Assembly (NCBI RefSeq): GCF_009914755.1
Contig: NC_060947.1
Strand: one strand, 5' to 3'
Length of the DNA stretch: 64,000 bases
From: the human T2T-CHM13v2.0 reference genome, Homo sapiens
Shown here: positions 1-14,412 of the stretch, piece by piece
Position numbering within the stretch: the stretch's first letter is position 1
How the letters are laid out: each line of letters opens with the position of its first letter
Notes under the pieces: generated by a model
What the model saw: the letters and a program-made list of their open reading frames with translations, nothing else
Told to the model about the DNA's origin: nothing
The model's database searches: none
Program-made: the position numbers and the translations under genes

Positions 1-80
1 GCAGGAATGTTATAAGGATTAAAATGAGATAATATATGTGAAAGTAGTTTGCAAATTGTAAAGCACTACTCATTTATTAT
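1..80 (+). mobile_element. MIR 3' fragment
   Basis: ggattaaaatgagataatatatgtgaaag resembles the MIR tail. Confidence 0.55.
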
Positions 81-1399
81 TAAAATATTCAGTGGATGCT
101 ATTTTTGTGGCTGCCCAACCTGCTTAGGTTTTACTGAAGGGAAATTTATGAACGCTAAAGCATCGTTCTCAGGAATGTTTTGTGTGCACAAAGCAACCAT
201 AGCTTAGCACCTATTACTATTAATGTTCCCCTGTTTCTCTCTAACACAATTTAGACAGACTCCTATGTGTCGTGAACCTTTAGGAAGTCTAGTTTTCCCA
301 GAAACACCATTCTTCGTTGCCAAACTACTATACTAAATAATTATGCAATTGTTGTTGCCAATAACCTTGAAGAAAAATAGAATTGTTTATAGCAGAGCTA
401 CTAACAGCGGATGGCTGATTTCCTGAACTTCCAGGACTCCAAACTGCTGCAATTTAATTTAATTAAAATAAAGACGAGGCAGAATGCATTATTACATATT
501 GATAATGTATGCAGACACAGGCGGACATCGGGAATTATTTTGACAAAATTCACATAATGGATGCAGATCAGAGCCCCTGAACAAGCCAGTTTGTCAAATT
601 AAATAAGCCATCTCTAGAATTTTAACAGCCCTGTGAACTTAACAGTAATGATTTTTTTTTTTACATTGTTTTGCAAGCAGCAGAGTTGGGAAAGAAACTA
701 AATAAAATACAATGATTTCCAGACATCGTACTTTATTTAGAGTCAAAGAATAAAGCACTAAGTCCAAATTATTTAAAACGCTCACATGGAGTTTTTAGCA
801 GGGGAGGCTTGTCTGTGTATCAGACAACAAAATCTTTAAGCCGGATGAACTAGTGACTGTGACTTTTGTACTGGAACCCTGGGGATGATTTTACTCTTCT
901 TCCACTTGATCAATATTGTACTTGGATTAATCAATCTTATCAGTTACCACTGATACTTCTCCAAGGAAGGAGTTCATACAACCCCTGTTTGTAATTTATT
1001 CACTCTGGTATTATCCCTTCAGTTGCAAAGTCTGTTTCCTTACAAAAAAATGGTGGTATATCCTAGGATCTCAAGCACTTCTTTTCTCATTTTCATTGTC
1101 TCTCAACACTCTATTCTTCTCTTGTGATATTCTAGCCCTTAGAGATTATACCAATTCCCTACAGCCGAGCTACATGGAAAACAAGAGTCCCACAACTATC
1201 AAACTAATTTAGATATTCACCATCACTTTAAATTCAGCTTGTTTAAACCTGAACCCTTCTTTCTCCATCACCCAGAAGTGAGTGGGCCAGAGATTCATAT
1301 TTAACTGGCATGGGAGGAGAAAGAGTGGGAGATCTTTCTAGTCACAGTTTTAACCAAAATCATTGCTCTAACTGGACTGCATGAATGCTGGTCATGTCT

Positions 1400-1921
1400 T
1401 ATATTAGTTTCCAATGTCTGCTGTAACAAATTACCAAAAACTTAAAGGCTTTAAACAAGAAAAATTTCTCATCTTACAGTTATGGAGGCCAGAATTCTCA
1501 AATGGGTCTCACTGAGCAAAAATCAAGGTGTCCATAGGGCTGAGTTCCTTTCCAGAGGCTCTAAGGGAAAATCCATTTCTTTGCCTTTTCCAGCTTCTAG
1601 TAGGTGCTTGCACGCCTTAGTTTGTGGCTCTCTTCCCTCATCTTCAAAGCCAGCAATGTTGCATCTCTCTGTGCCTTTCTTCCATAGTTATATCCTCATG
1701 TAACTCTGACCTCCCCTTCCACTCCCTTCTCTGTTTATAAGGACCCTTATGACAAATTGAGCCTACCCAGATAGACCAGGATAATCTCCAATCTCAAATC
1801 AGAAGCTAACAATCTCAATTTCATCTGTAACCTTAATTCTCTTTTGGCATGCAACATAACATATTCATGGTTTCCAAGGATGGACATCTTTGTGGGGGTG
1901 GCTATTATTCTGCCTACCAAA
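1400..1921 (-). mobile_element. MaLR solo LTR (MLT1C/D-like)
   Basis: Ends tattagtttcc..gctgtaacaaattacc and ggacatcttt..attattctgcctacca are the reverse of the MLT1 consensus ends. Confidence 0.8.
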
Positions 1922-2299
1922 TAGCTATACTAGTATTTCTGAATTTGAAGCAAATCTGAAAAGTGTCAGATGCAGCACTGTTGCTGGTGCAAAATTCAGT
2001 CTATTTCCTCCCATATCAGTTAAGTGATTACAAAATATCACCAGGAGTACAAATAGACATTTCCTTCTTTGTTTATTTAGATTTAATCATAAATATTAAG
2101 GTATCAGCTCAATGGTTGTATATTTGATCCTATGTGTTTCCACTCATTTATCATCTGAACTATTTATCATCTACTGTGTTCTTATGGAGCTCACAATCCA
2201 TCTTCAGAGTAGTAGATTCTCCAGCTTCATTCTACCAACTGTTCAGATGCTTTACCATGGTCAGAAAATGGATCTTTTGGAAACATTATGCCATGAAAA

Positions 2300-2555
2300 A
2301 CAAGCCAATAGATAAATCCATATAGACAAAATGGAGATGAGTGGATTCTAGGACTTGGGGGAGGGAGGAGTGGGGAGTGACTGCTAATATGTACAGGGTT
2401 ACTTTGTGGAGTGATGATGAAAATGTTCTGGAATTAGATATTGGTGGTAGTTGTACAACCTTGTGAAAATACTAAAAGCCAATGAATTGTACACTTTAAG
2501 TGAGTGAACTTTATGGTCTATGAAATATACCTCAATAAGCCTGTTATTAAAAAAA
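2300..2555 (+). mobile_element. Old L1M (L1MB/MC-like) 3' end
   Basis: gagtgactgctaat..gatgaaaatgttctggaattagat..aattgtacactttaa..cctcaataa plus A tail. Confidence 0.75.
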
Positions 2556-2749
2556 TGCAGCTGAGCTGCATTTATGTGAACCCTAGCAAGAAATGACTAC
2601 TAGATGCTGTACTGGTCAGCTCTTCATGAGAGGACTGAGAAAATTTCTAAGTGTCACAATTTAAGAAAAAAAGCAAAAAACAAAAACAAAAACAACCCCC
2701 ATCGAAACCCAACTGGGGTCTAAGGAAGATCATAAAGAATTAGAAAATA

Positions 2750-5694
2750 TGAAAAACTATTTAAAAGATCAAAAAATTCAGGTGTTGGTTTTTTGAAAAA
2801 TTAGTAAGATATATAGGCCACTAGCTAGACTAATAAAGAAAAAAAGAGAGAAGGTCCAAATAAATACAACTAGAAACAACAAAGGGGATGCTACCACTGA
2901 CTCCACAGAAATGTAAATAACCATCAGAAAATACTATGAACACCTAGAAGAGATTAATAAATTCATGGACATATACACCATCCCAAGATTGAACCAGGAA
3001 GAAATTGGTTCCCTGAACAGACCAATAATGAGCTCTGAAACGGAATCAGTAATAAATAGCCTACCAACCAACCAACCAACCAACCAACAAACAAACAAAA
3101 ACCCCAGGACCAGGTGGATTCACAGCGAAATTCTAGCAGATGTACAAAGAACAGCTGGTACCATTCCCACCAGAATTATTCCAAAAAATTGAGGAGGGAA
3201 TCCTCCCCAACTCATTCTATGAGGCCAGCATCATCCTGATGCCAAAACCTGGCAGAGACACAACAGAAAAGAAAACTTCAGGCCAATATCCCTGATGAAT
3301 ATTGATGCAAAAATCCTTAAAAAAAAAATTTGCAAACTGAATCCAGCAGCACTTCAAAAAGCTAATCCACTATGTTCAAGTATGCTTCATCCCTGGGATG
3401 TAAAGTTGGTTCAACATACTCAAATTAATAAATGTGATTCATCACATAAATGGAACTAAAGAAAAAAACCACTTGATCTCAACAGATGCATAAATGGCTT
3501 TGATAAAATTCAACACCCATTCATGTTAAAAACTCTCTATAATAAACTAGGTATTGAAGGAACATAGCTCAAAATAATAAGAGCCATCTATGACAACCCC
3601 ACAGCCAACATCATACTGAATGGGCAAAACCTGGAAGCATTCCCCTTGAAAACTGGCACAAGACAAGGATGCCCTCTCTCATCAGTCCTATTCAACATAG
3701 TATTGGAAGTCCTGGCCAGAGCAATACAGCAAGAAAAAGAAATAAAAGGCATCCAAATAGGAAGACAGGAAGTCAAACTATCCTGTTGGCAAATAACATG
3801 ATTCTATATCTGGAAATCCCCATAGATTTGGTCCCAAAGCTCCTTTAGCTGATAACTTCAGCAAAGTTTCAGGATACAAAATCAATGTACAAAAATCACT
3901 AGCATTCCTATACACCACCAACAGCCAAGCTGAAAGCCAAATCAGGAACACACTTCCATTCACAATATTCACAAGAAGAATAAAATACCTAGGAATACAG
4001 TTAACCAGGGAGGTGAAAAATCTCTCAAAGAGAATTACAAAACCACTGCTCAGATAAATCTGAGATAACATAAACAAACAGAAAAGCATTCCATGCTCAT
4101 GGATAAGAAGCATCAATATCGTAAAAATGGCCATACCACCGAAAGCAATTTACAGATTCAATGCTATTTCTATCAAACTACCAATGACATTCTTCCCAGA
4201 ATTAGAAAAAAAAAAACCTCTAAAATTCATATGGAACCCCCCAAAAAAGCCTAAATAGCCAAGGCAATCCTAAACAACAACAAAAAAAGCTGGAGGCATC
4301 ACATTACTCAACTTCAAACTATACTACAGGGTTACAGTAACCAAAACAGCATGGTACTGGTATAAAAACAGACACACAGATGAATGGAACAGAATAGAGA
4401 GGCCAGAAATAAGGTCACACATCTACAACCACCTGATCCTCAACAAAGCTGACAAAAACAAGCAATGGGGAAAGGACTCCCTATTCAAAAAACAGTGCTG
4501 CAGTAACTGGCTAGCCACATACAGGAGATTGAAACTGGACCCCTTACTTACACCATATACACAAATCAACTCAAGATGGATGAAAGACTTAAATGTAAAA
4601 CCCAAAACTATAAAAACCCTGGAAGACAATCTAGGTAATACCATTTTGGACACAGCAACAGGCAAAAATTTCATGAGGAAGACACCAAAAGCAATCACAA
4701 CAAAAGCAAAAATTGACAAATGGGATCTAACAAAATTTAAGAGCTTATGCACAGCAAAAGAAACTATCAAGAGAGTAAACAGATAACCTAAAGAATAGGA
4801 GAAAATATTTGCAAACTATGCATCTGACAAATGTCTAATATCCAGCATCTATAAGGAACTTAAACAAATTAATAAGAAAAAAATTAGCAACCCTATTAAA
4901 AAGTAGGCAAAGGGCATGAACAGATGCTTTTCAAAAGAAGACATATATGTGGCCAATAGCATATTTAAAAAAGCTCAATATCACCCATCATCAGAGAAAT
5001 GCAAATTTTAAAAAAGTCAAAAAATAATAGATGCTGGCAAGGTTGTGGAGAAAAGGGAACAATTAAACACTGTTGGTGGGAGCATAAATTTAGTTCAGCC
5101 ATTGTGGAAAGCAGTGTGTCAATTCTTCAAAGACCTAAAAACAAAATTTCCATTCGACCCAGAAATCCCATTCTTTGGGTAGGAATATAAACCATTCTAC
5201 TATAAAGACATATGTACACAAATGTTCATTGCAGCACTATTCACAATAGCAAAGACGTGGAATCACCCTAAATGCCCATCGATGACAGATTGGATAAAAA
5301 AGATGTGGTACTTATATACCATGGAATACCGTACAGCCATAAAAAAGAATGACATTGTGTCTTTTGCGGGAACATGGATGGAGCTGGAGGTTATTATCCT
5401 TAGCAAACTAACGCAGAAACAGAAAACCAAATACCGCATGTTCTCTCTTATAAGTGGGAGCTAAATGATGATAACTCATGGACACAAAGAGGGGAACAAC
5501 ACACACTGGGGCCTATTTGAGGGTGGAGGCTGGGAGGAGGGAAAGGAGCAGCAAAAATAACTATTGGGTACTAGGCTTAGTAAATGGGTGCCAAAACAAT
5601 CTGTACAACAAACCCTGTGACACGAATTTACCTATATAACAAGCCTACACACATACCCCTGAACTTAAAATAAAAGTTTAAAAATAAATAAATT
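2750..5694 (+). mobile_element. 5'-truncated older primate L1 (L1PA, disrupted ORF2 plus 3'UTR)
   Basis: ORF2 fragments ([30 protein letters not shown]), 3'UTR and A tail; TSD aaagaatt(a/g)gaaaata at 2734-2749 and 6211-6226. Confidence 0.93.
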
Positions 5695-6210
5695 AGGATT
5701 ATAAATCATGCTGCTATAAAGACACATGCACACGTATGTTTATCGCGGCACTATTCACAATAGCAAAGACTTGGAACCAACCCAAATGTCCAACAATGAT
5801 AGACTGGATTAAGAAAATGTGGCACACATACACCATGGAATACTATGCAGCCATAAAAAAGGATGAGTTCATGTCCTTTGTAGGGACACGGATGAAGCTG
5901 GAAACCGTCATTCTCAGCAAACTATCGCAAGGACAAAAAAACCGAACACTGCATGTTCTCACTCATAGGTGGGAATTGAATAATGAGAACACTTGGACAC
6001 AGGAAGGGGAACATCACACACCGGGGCCTGTTGTGGGGTGGGGGGAGGGGGGAGGGATAGCATTAGGAGATAAACCTAATGCATATGACGAGTTAATGGG
6101 TGCAGCACACCAACATGGTGCATGTATACATATGTAACAAACCTGGACGTTGTGCACATGTACCCTACAACTTAAAGTATAATAAAAATAAATAAATAAA
6201 TAATAAATTA
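5695..6210 (+). mobile_element. Younger 5'-truncated L1PA 3' end inserted in the A tail of the preceding L1
   Basis: Second MFIAALFTIAKTWNQPKCP, G-rich 3'UTR (ggggtgggggg..ggagggatagcattagga), cttaaagtataataaaa tail. Confidence 0.92.
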
Positions 6211-6329
6211 AAAGAATTGGAAAATAAGGACCTATAGAGAAAAATTGGAGGAATTTTGGATTATCTGCCTAGTGAAGGAAATGCTGTAGGATAATATCAT
6301 GGAGAAGAGAATTAGAGGCTTTGAGTATG

Positions 6330-6750
6330 ATTCAGTGAGGGTCTCAGCAGGAATGAGATGTCGCACTTGTAAATGTTCACCGCAGAGAGTTCGAATTAAG
6401 GCATGGGCAGAGTTAAGAGAATTATCAAGGAAGGGAGAGCCACCTAAGCACTGGCATAACTGGTAAGCCTTCTGGGCTTGTAGGGGGAAGAGGATGGAGT
6501 GATGATACAGAAGGCAAGAGAGAGCATGGGGATTTGGAGGAGGGGCTACTAGACAGGGGCTGCTATTGTCTAATGTAGTCTGCAGTAAAGCGGGGAGAGG
6601 GATAAATACCCTGAGTTTGTTCTCTTTCTACAGTCTCTAGATGGTGCCACTCATTGACCAAATCAAGTGGGAAGTTAAAGAGCAAGGTGTTCAGGGAATG
6701 CAGTCCATGGAAGCCAGCCTCTCAGAGCACAGAGAAGGACAGAAAAGAGA
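6330..6750. mobile_element. Probable ancient MaLR/ERVL LTR remnant
   Basis: cattgaccaaatcaag..gagcaagg..atgcagtccatgg..cagcctc resembles old MLT1-type LTR motifs. Confidence 0.35.
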
Positions 6751-6960
6751 TTATGCGTGTGTGTGTGTTTGTTGGGGGCGGAGGGGTGGGGCGGGCAGGG
6801 AGGGCAAATGGAGAGTAAGTAGCACAAAGTGCTTGCCTGTTATACTCACAACACCCTTCTTAGAGAAGCTAAGGCAACAAATACCTGCATAGACTCCATG
6901 CTTTATACTATGTGATCACAGTACCCTGGCCACAACAAAATGAAAAAAAGCAATACCAGC

Positions 6961-7202
6961 AACTGACATTTGTTGAATTCTTACAATGTGCCAAGCATTT
7001 TATGTTACTCACCTCATTTAATCATTATATCATAACAAACCTATGAGTAACATAATCTTTATGATATTCACTTTATAGATGGAGAAACTGTGGCATTTGG
7101 AGATTAATTTATCCAGCGTCACACAGCTCGTAAGTAGAGAAGGAATTATTTGAACCCGGGGAAGGAGTCTGGCTCCAGAGTTGTTCTCATAACCACTACA
7201 CT
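6961..7202 (-). mobile_element. MIR
   Basis: Reverse MIR core atagatggagaaactgtggc..gtcacacagctcgtaagt..tttgaaccc..gtctggctccaga. Confidence 0.8.
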
Positions 7203-8886
7203 CAATAGAATAGGGATTAAGCAGGACTCTGTAGGCTGGTCAGCAACTTTCACGGCAGCCTAATGCTAAAGTTCTGCCTTACAAGGGTGTTCTGGACTGC
7301 ACAGTAAATGGCTGACACAATACAATATTTTCTCTAAGAGGAACCTGAATATGAGATACACAGCAAGTTAGCAGACCACATAGAATGTGAAGAGCTGAGA
7401 GAGAGAAGGAGGGTAGTTAGTATGGCAGGAGGAGAGATGAAGTCAGTCTTAAGTATGGCTGAGTCACCACTGTGGGAAGCAGTGGACTTGGAAAAACTTG
7501 AGCTGGTTTTAAGTTGACAGAGCAGATGCAGACCTTCTAGAAATGCAATGTGTCCTGAACAAGGCTATAGGTTTTGAGTCCTGCTTGTGAGGCTACCGAT
7601 GGTATTTCTTGTACTTTCTTATTTTTTTGTGTGTCTTTACAATAATTTCCCATTTACTGAGGTAATATGAACCTGTCCATGTTCCTTGCATTCCAGTAAA
7701 GTCCAACACAAATGAGTTAATTATTTAAATATATGAGGGTCTCTTGGGCAGAGAAGAGTCATTAGTCTCTCTCTCTCTCTCTCTTTCTCTTTCCCTCTGG
7801 GAAAAGAAAATTGACATACTATAGTCTAAGAAATATAGGTCAGCTCTGTAGGAATTATACCATGCTAGACACTTCCAAGGGAGGATGTCTAAATGTCTCT
7901 TTTGGAGAGCTTTAAAATAATCTTCTCATCTGTCCAAGGGTGATCTACATGAGCTGCTTCCTGAAGGTACAAGGATTAATGGCTCCCAAACTGCAGGTCT
8001 ACAGACCTGTATCAGAGATACAGAAACCTTAGGAAGGTTTCTCTGTTTTCTACAGAGTGAGAGAGATAAAGACTTTGGTGTTAGTTTATCTCTCTCTGAG
8101 TGTCAGGGTTCGATTGCTTGCCATCATTTCTTAAAACAGACTATTTTTTTTCTTTTCTGCTATTAAGGTATCCCTCATATATGAAATTATGGTAGTGGTA
8201 GGAATAGTATAGTATAGTGAGTTCTTTTAAAAATATTCTTACTTGACAAAATAAAACATTGGCAAATCTATCTCTGCCTCATTTTAAAAAAATGCCTTTT
8301 GTCTGGGAGAATTAAATACCTGAAAACCATAGGCCCAAAGGACCTCTTAAGGTCCCTGCTATCTATAAGATTCTAGCTTTTAAAGTCTTGAGATTAGAGA
8401 AAATCAAAAGGAATAGGAAGGCAGGATGATTTTTTATTTAACCTGAAGAAGTAACAAGTTAATGAAGTCTAACCATCTTAGACATAAAAGATAGTAAGTG
8501 GAGATGGCCATAAGTTAGAATTTTGTAGTCTCTAAGTAGAAATGACAGTCTAAATGTCAAATCCAAAAACATGGCCTTATAGAACGCCACACCAAAGGTC
8601 ACATTTAGAAGGCAGCATTTGGCTCTGGTGACAGTTACAAGTCAGATATTGCATGAGTCCATTGGTACGCAGCCATCATGAAAGGAGAACTAAAATCTTT
8701 TTGAAGCAAAAATGTGTCAAAAGGGAACTCTAAACTGGCCTCAAGGTAGTGTTTAAATTAAAAATGCCTTAGGTCCTTTAAACAGAAGAAAATCAGTAAT
8801 TATTCCAAATACAAATTAACATGTAACAAGTATTTTCTGTTCTGTGCATGTAATACTGCTATTTACATATAATTAGTTCAACATAC

Positions 8887-9154
8887 CCAAAGCCTCTGCC
8901 AGGCCCCAAACCTTCTGTCCATAGATGTCGGTCTTGTTCCAAGCAAATGTGTAGACAAGATTAATTGCGGCGGGAAACCACTTCTGTGTGAGTCGCCCTT
9001 CCACAGCTACTGTGAGGTGTACTTTTATCATGCCTACAGGAATCGTTGAATGTGTCAGAAGGATCCGTAGCAGGGTTTTATACCCAGGGGTGCGGCTGCT
9101 CAGGTAACTCAGCCTCACAAAGCTGGAGGGAATGGGAATTTCCTCCTGTACAAC
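8887..9154 (-). CDS. TENM1: Teneurin-1 exon, FN-plug/Ig-like region ([21 protein letters not shown]...[11 protein letters not shown]), 268 nt, phase 0-1
   Basis: Acceptor T17-atttcag|GT, donor TTGG|gtatgt; ORF 8873..9247. Confidence 0.96.
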
Positions 9155-10988
9155 CTGAAATAAAAAAAAAAAAAAAAAGCCAAATAGGCTCTTGTCAGTG
9201 GTCGCAGGTAGATGAGGATATTGCATGCTTTGTTGTCTTTGAAACATGCCAAAGGAGAGAGCTTAAACAGGTCTAAGGACGTCAAGGCATTTGTTCTTGA
9301 ATCTTTGTGAGACTGTATGATAATAGGTTTTGAATTTTGCACCAAACCTGAATGGAGACAAGACCCAACCTTAAGGATTGCATTTATTTTTTCCCCATGC
9401 CAGGAAAGATTGTGTAAGGAACAATTTCAGCTTTTCAATAGTGTTCCAAAAACTGCTTAGTAGGAGTTGAAAAAGATCATACCGCTGAATGTCAAGCAAT
9501 TCAGCACTATGGGCTCCATTAAGGGGTCTTTTTCTTATACAGACATACACAAAATCTTGTTTGGTGTTAAGTCATATATCATAAAACCATTGGTGTAATC
9601 CTTATTCAGGCTAAGCTCTCTAAGAGGAAGAACTCAAGAAGCAGGCCCAGCAAGTGATATTTTATGACAAAGATTATAGTTTCCCTAGAATTAATCTTTA
9701 CCGATGCCATCAAATTCGTTTTCCTTGGAGCTTTGAAATGACCCTGAGGCCAAATTTTTAATCAAATTTTTCTTACATATTTCTCTGTGCCTGGATGTAG
9801 CAATGGCTGGGAACAAGTTTCTCCAAGTTGGCACTTGTGACTGAGAAGCAAATAACTCTCACCAATTCCTCTGCAAATTTTACACTAAACGTTGGTCTCA
9901 GAGTAAAAATACCATGTGGCTTTAATTAATTGTTATTACTTGTTTGCTTATCACCACAGATAAAGTTAAATAACCAAAGGTGGTAACTAAAATTGAATCA
10001 TGTGTTCTTTGACTTTCATCTTTCAAAAGACCTCTGAAGAAAAAGCCCATCCTATTCAATACACTTAAGGTGACATGAATAGCGTAGATATTTTCATGCT
10101 CTTATTCATTTTTACCTCAGAACCTTGTTCTCTCTTACTTTTCCAAACTTGTGCACATAGAAGAACTGATTGTTAAACATATGGCATCTCATATTGTCCA
10201 GCATTTTTGGTCTTTCTCCTGTTTCTGAGGACACGATACCTTTTGTGTACACTTTGCCAGTTTTTCTTCCTCTACCTTAGCCATTTGATACCAGAGTTGT
10301 CCACCAGCTGTCTTCTCAGTTGGTGACAGAAGTACAATAGAGAAGGATAGCCTGACACTCACCAACTTAGTAGTTCATTTTCCTAAGAAAACATGCAATC
10401 CTAAATAAGCCTGGAAACTTTCGTGCTGAAAGAAGACCCGTACTTCCTAATGACATCTGTGAAGGGATTGGCATACCAATCAAATGTACTCATTAAACAC
10501 TGTCTTGTTTTTTCTCCCTTTGTAAGCAAAGGGCAATGGAAAAGATAAGGGGTAGCTCTTTGGACTGCTTTTCCTGAAGGGCAGTATTTTTGTGTGAGCC
10601 TTATCTAAGTGGTATTCTCTAGGCACTGCTAAGAGCTGGTGGGTGGTGTTATGATGAAAGAACAATCAATTCTATCTTGGAGCATGCATTTCCTTCTGGA
10701 TTTCTGGATCTGTTAAGACCTATGAGTCCATTTTGGTGGTTTCCACATTTAATTATCATTAAAATGTTTCTATAATGTGGTGAGGGAATTGTACTATGGT
10801 TGAATAGTTTAATATTGAAATGACAATATTGAATGTTCAATAAAGAATAATTCTCAGGAATGTTAAAATATCGAGGTTCAAAAATGTCTTCTCCTGACTA
10901 TAAAGCTTGAACACTCAGAAGCAAAGCTTTTTTAAAAAAAAAAACTGCACAGGCTTGAAAACTACATTTACTTTACACAGCTAGATGA

Positions 10989-11363
<375 letters not shown>

Positions 11364-11732
11364 TAAATTTCTTAAGGAGCTTTAATTTCAGAACCACAAA
11401 CAGTCCAAGCTCATGGATTATACTGTTATTACTAATAAGCCAGCTAGCTTTGTTCTTAGAGCACAGTGTTTATTAGGTCAAAGATTGGAGTTTAATTCTT
11501 ATGAAAGCTACTTAATCTTGTTCTATTCCATGGCCACAGACAGCATTCTAATGCCCTGACCAATTGTCTTAAAAATGTATGCCAGAAAAACATTTGAAGA
11601 CTTCTCTTGACAAATAAAGGGCAGCACATTATAAGGATGGTAACAAGAATAGGAAAAGGAATTTAGCTATTATACACTGTTGACCACTCCATGATATTAT
11701 TATTTTATACATTCAAAGGCCAATATACTCAC

Positions 11733-11994
11733 CTGCAGCTCAGGAACAATAGTTCCCCTCTCTGGACAGGACCCTCCAAATGATGTGAGCGGTGAAGGAA
11801 GCACAATAGGGTTTGGGCTGATAAAGTTGGAGATATCGCAGGATGGCGGGTCTGATACAACTCTCTGCATGGTGACTTTCTCTACCACAATAAACTGATT
11901 CCAAGGCAACCAGAGTGTTCTCTTCTCAGGCAGGAAAGGGGATCGGTCGAAGATTAAGATGACAGAGATGCCACCGATGGCCACGAGGTCAAAG
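11733..11994 (-). CDS. TENM1: Teneurin-1 exon (SFDLVAIGGISVILIFDRSPF...ERGTIVPELQ), 262 nt, phase 2-0
   Basis: Acceptor ttcctttcttag-type pyrimidine tract then CTTTGAC, donor GCAG|gtgagt; ORF 11700..12011. Confidence 0.96.
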
Positions 11995-12237
11995 CTAAGA
12001 AGGAAAAACATAAGACAGTTGCAATCAAATGAAAAATTAAAAAATTACAGTTAAAAAATAGGTTAATTTCAGTGCCCTTTCCTTTTTGGGGGGACTCAAC
12101 TATATCCACTTGTATTGTCTATTTTATAAATTCTCTCTAGCAATGTATTCATTCCGTAGATGACTTCTTTTCACTATCTAGTGGTCTTCTAGGAAGACAT
12201 TCCATGTCACCAGTTGATATTCCCTTGAAATTTGTAA

Positions 12238-12544
<307 letters not shown>

Positions 12545-14029
12545 TGTAAACCAGTTAATTTTAACACTATCTTAAACAAAAATCACTGCATGCATTTCTG
12601 CAAAGCCAAATCTGACACAGCTGCTCCCCTTATGCTAAAGATAACAGAAAGATGACTATCTAACATTTAGCAGCATCTTTGAGAATGATGCATTATTCAT
12701 TTTCCAAAAAATCCTATAATGTAACATAAGAAAAGTAAGGAGCCAAAAGGTTAAATATCTTGTTCAGGGTCACAAACATCGTGTCAGAAAGCAGACAGTG
12801 TCTTTGAGATGGCATTTGGAGAAAGATATCAGCAGAGGACAATTGTTAGGGAAAATTTCTTTGAACTCAGCTATGCCCGACCAAGCCTTCTACATTTGAC
12901 TACCCTCTTTGGCCTCCTAGTCTACTTGCACCTCAGATTTAAGATCTCTGGTTTGCTTCACAATGGTTTTTGGTTTCTTTTTGTAAGACAGCCTGTAATG
13001 AACCCTGCACAACTTCACCAACAACTCCTTCTCTATCCATGACAAAGCAAGACTACCTCTGCTGTAAGCCAGCTCTGTCTATCTCTAGATGTGGTCTATG
13101 ACAAGACTATTGCATTGGAGCTGAACAGATTCAGATTTCATTTCATTCTGCACTAGATTACTTCTCTTTTAAGTATAATGACGTCTTTGAGATGACGTAC
13201 TTGAGAGCATCTGAAAAGCATAAACTCCTATATAAAAAAGTAAGATAATGATAAATTATTATCATTTTTATGTTAAAAATGGATAAAGGGCAATATGATG
13301 TTACTTAATATTCAAGGCAACTTAAATCCACAGGAGAGAGATGTAAGCAATTGCCTGCATTAAAAAAGATCTTTCAGCAAAACACTTTTTCAACGATAAA
13401 AAGCCCTGATAGGGAATCAGACTTAATTATGGACATCTCATCACTCTCTTCCTATGACATTTATTATATTTATTATAGTATTACCAATCGTGTTTTGTTG
13501 CAGAAATCTTGCAGATAAAGATAAATGAACAGTAACAAAGGATGGATAATACCGTGTTTTTTATTGCTGCTTTTTCAGTAAAGTAGCTTAATATTAAGGC
13601 AGTTTCCAAAAAGAGGATTTGAAGAACTGCATTAGCTACAGAAAATAATTTAGGTTTGAACCAAAAGAAAAAAGAAAACACAAACGGTTTATGGTTTAAG
13701 ACAGAGGGTCTGAATTCATAATACTACAGGAACAGTTTAAGGCAAGTGTAGTGGGGAGAATCTGACACTACTTGTCAAGAAACCTTTCCTCTAGTTCACC
13801 TTCTATGTGGATTTAAGTATGTGTTCTTGGGGAAGTTTATCTGCCTCACCCAAACCTTGACTCTTGACTCAAAATTGAAGTGCTTATTTATTTAAAAACA
13901 AAAAACAAACACAAACATGAAAACTAAATAAACTATCCAGATAAAAACATAGGTGCCTGGAAATTATTCTCTCTCTTTTTAAAAAAAAACTTTTATTCTG
14001 TACTTCTGGAAAGATTACACAGACAGGCC

Positions 14030-14265
14030 AGGCATCTTGTTTTGTAGAAAGAATGTGGGTTTGGTTTCATATATATCTGGGTTTGAATCCCAGCTCTGCC
14101 CTGTTAGCTTTGTGTCTTTGGGCTAGTTATTTAACCTTCCTGAGATGCAGTTTTCTCGTTAGTAAAATGAAGCCTCTATAATCTATCTCTTAGCTGCTAT
14201 TGTAAATGAATGAGATAAAGACTTAAGGGTCAAGCATATAGTAGGAACTCAACAACTGTTACATT
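14030..14265 (+). mobile_element. MIR
   Basis: ctgggtttgaatcccagctctgcc..ttatttaacctt..cagttttctcgttagtaaaatg. Confidence 0.75.
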
Positions 14266-14412
14266 TCTTCTCAAATCAGATTCATTGCCCTACTACATTT
14301 GCCATATGTTTTCTTTTTTTTGTAGTTCAAGTGAACTATAGGTCAGCTTTTGATTATCTCCATGAGCAGATACTGATTTTTAAGGTCTCCTTGGGACTTC
14401 CCTTAGGCTTCT

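Noticed and set aside
2965-6137. ORFs with reverse-transcriptase/ORF2-like sequence
   Set aside because: Fragments of dead 5'-truncated L1s with frameshifts and deletions; not genes
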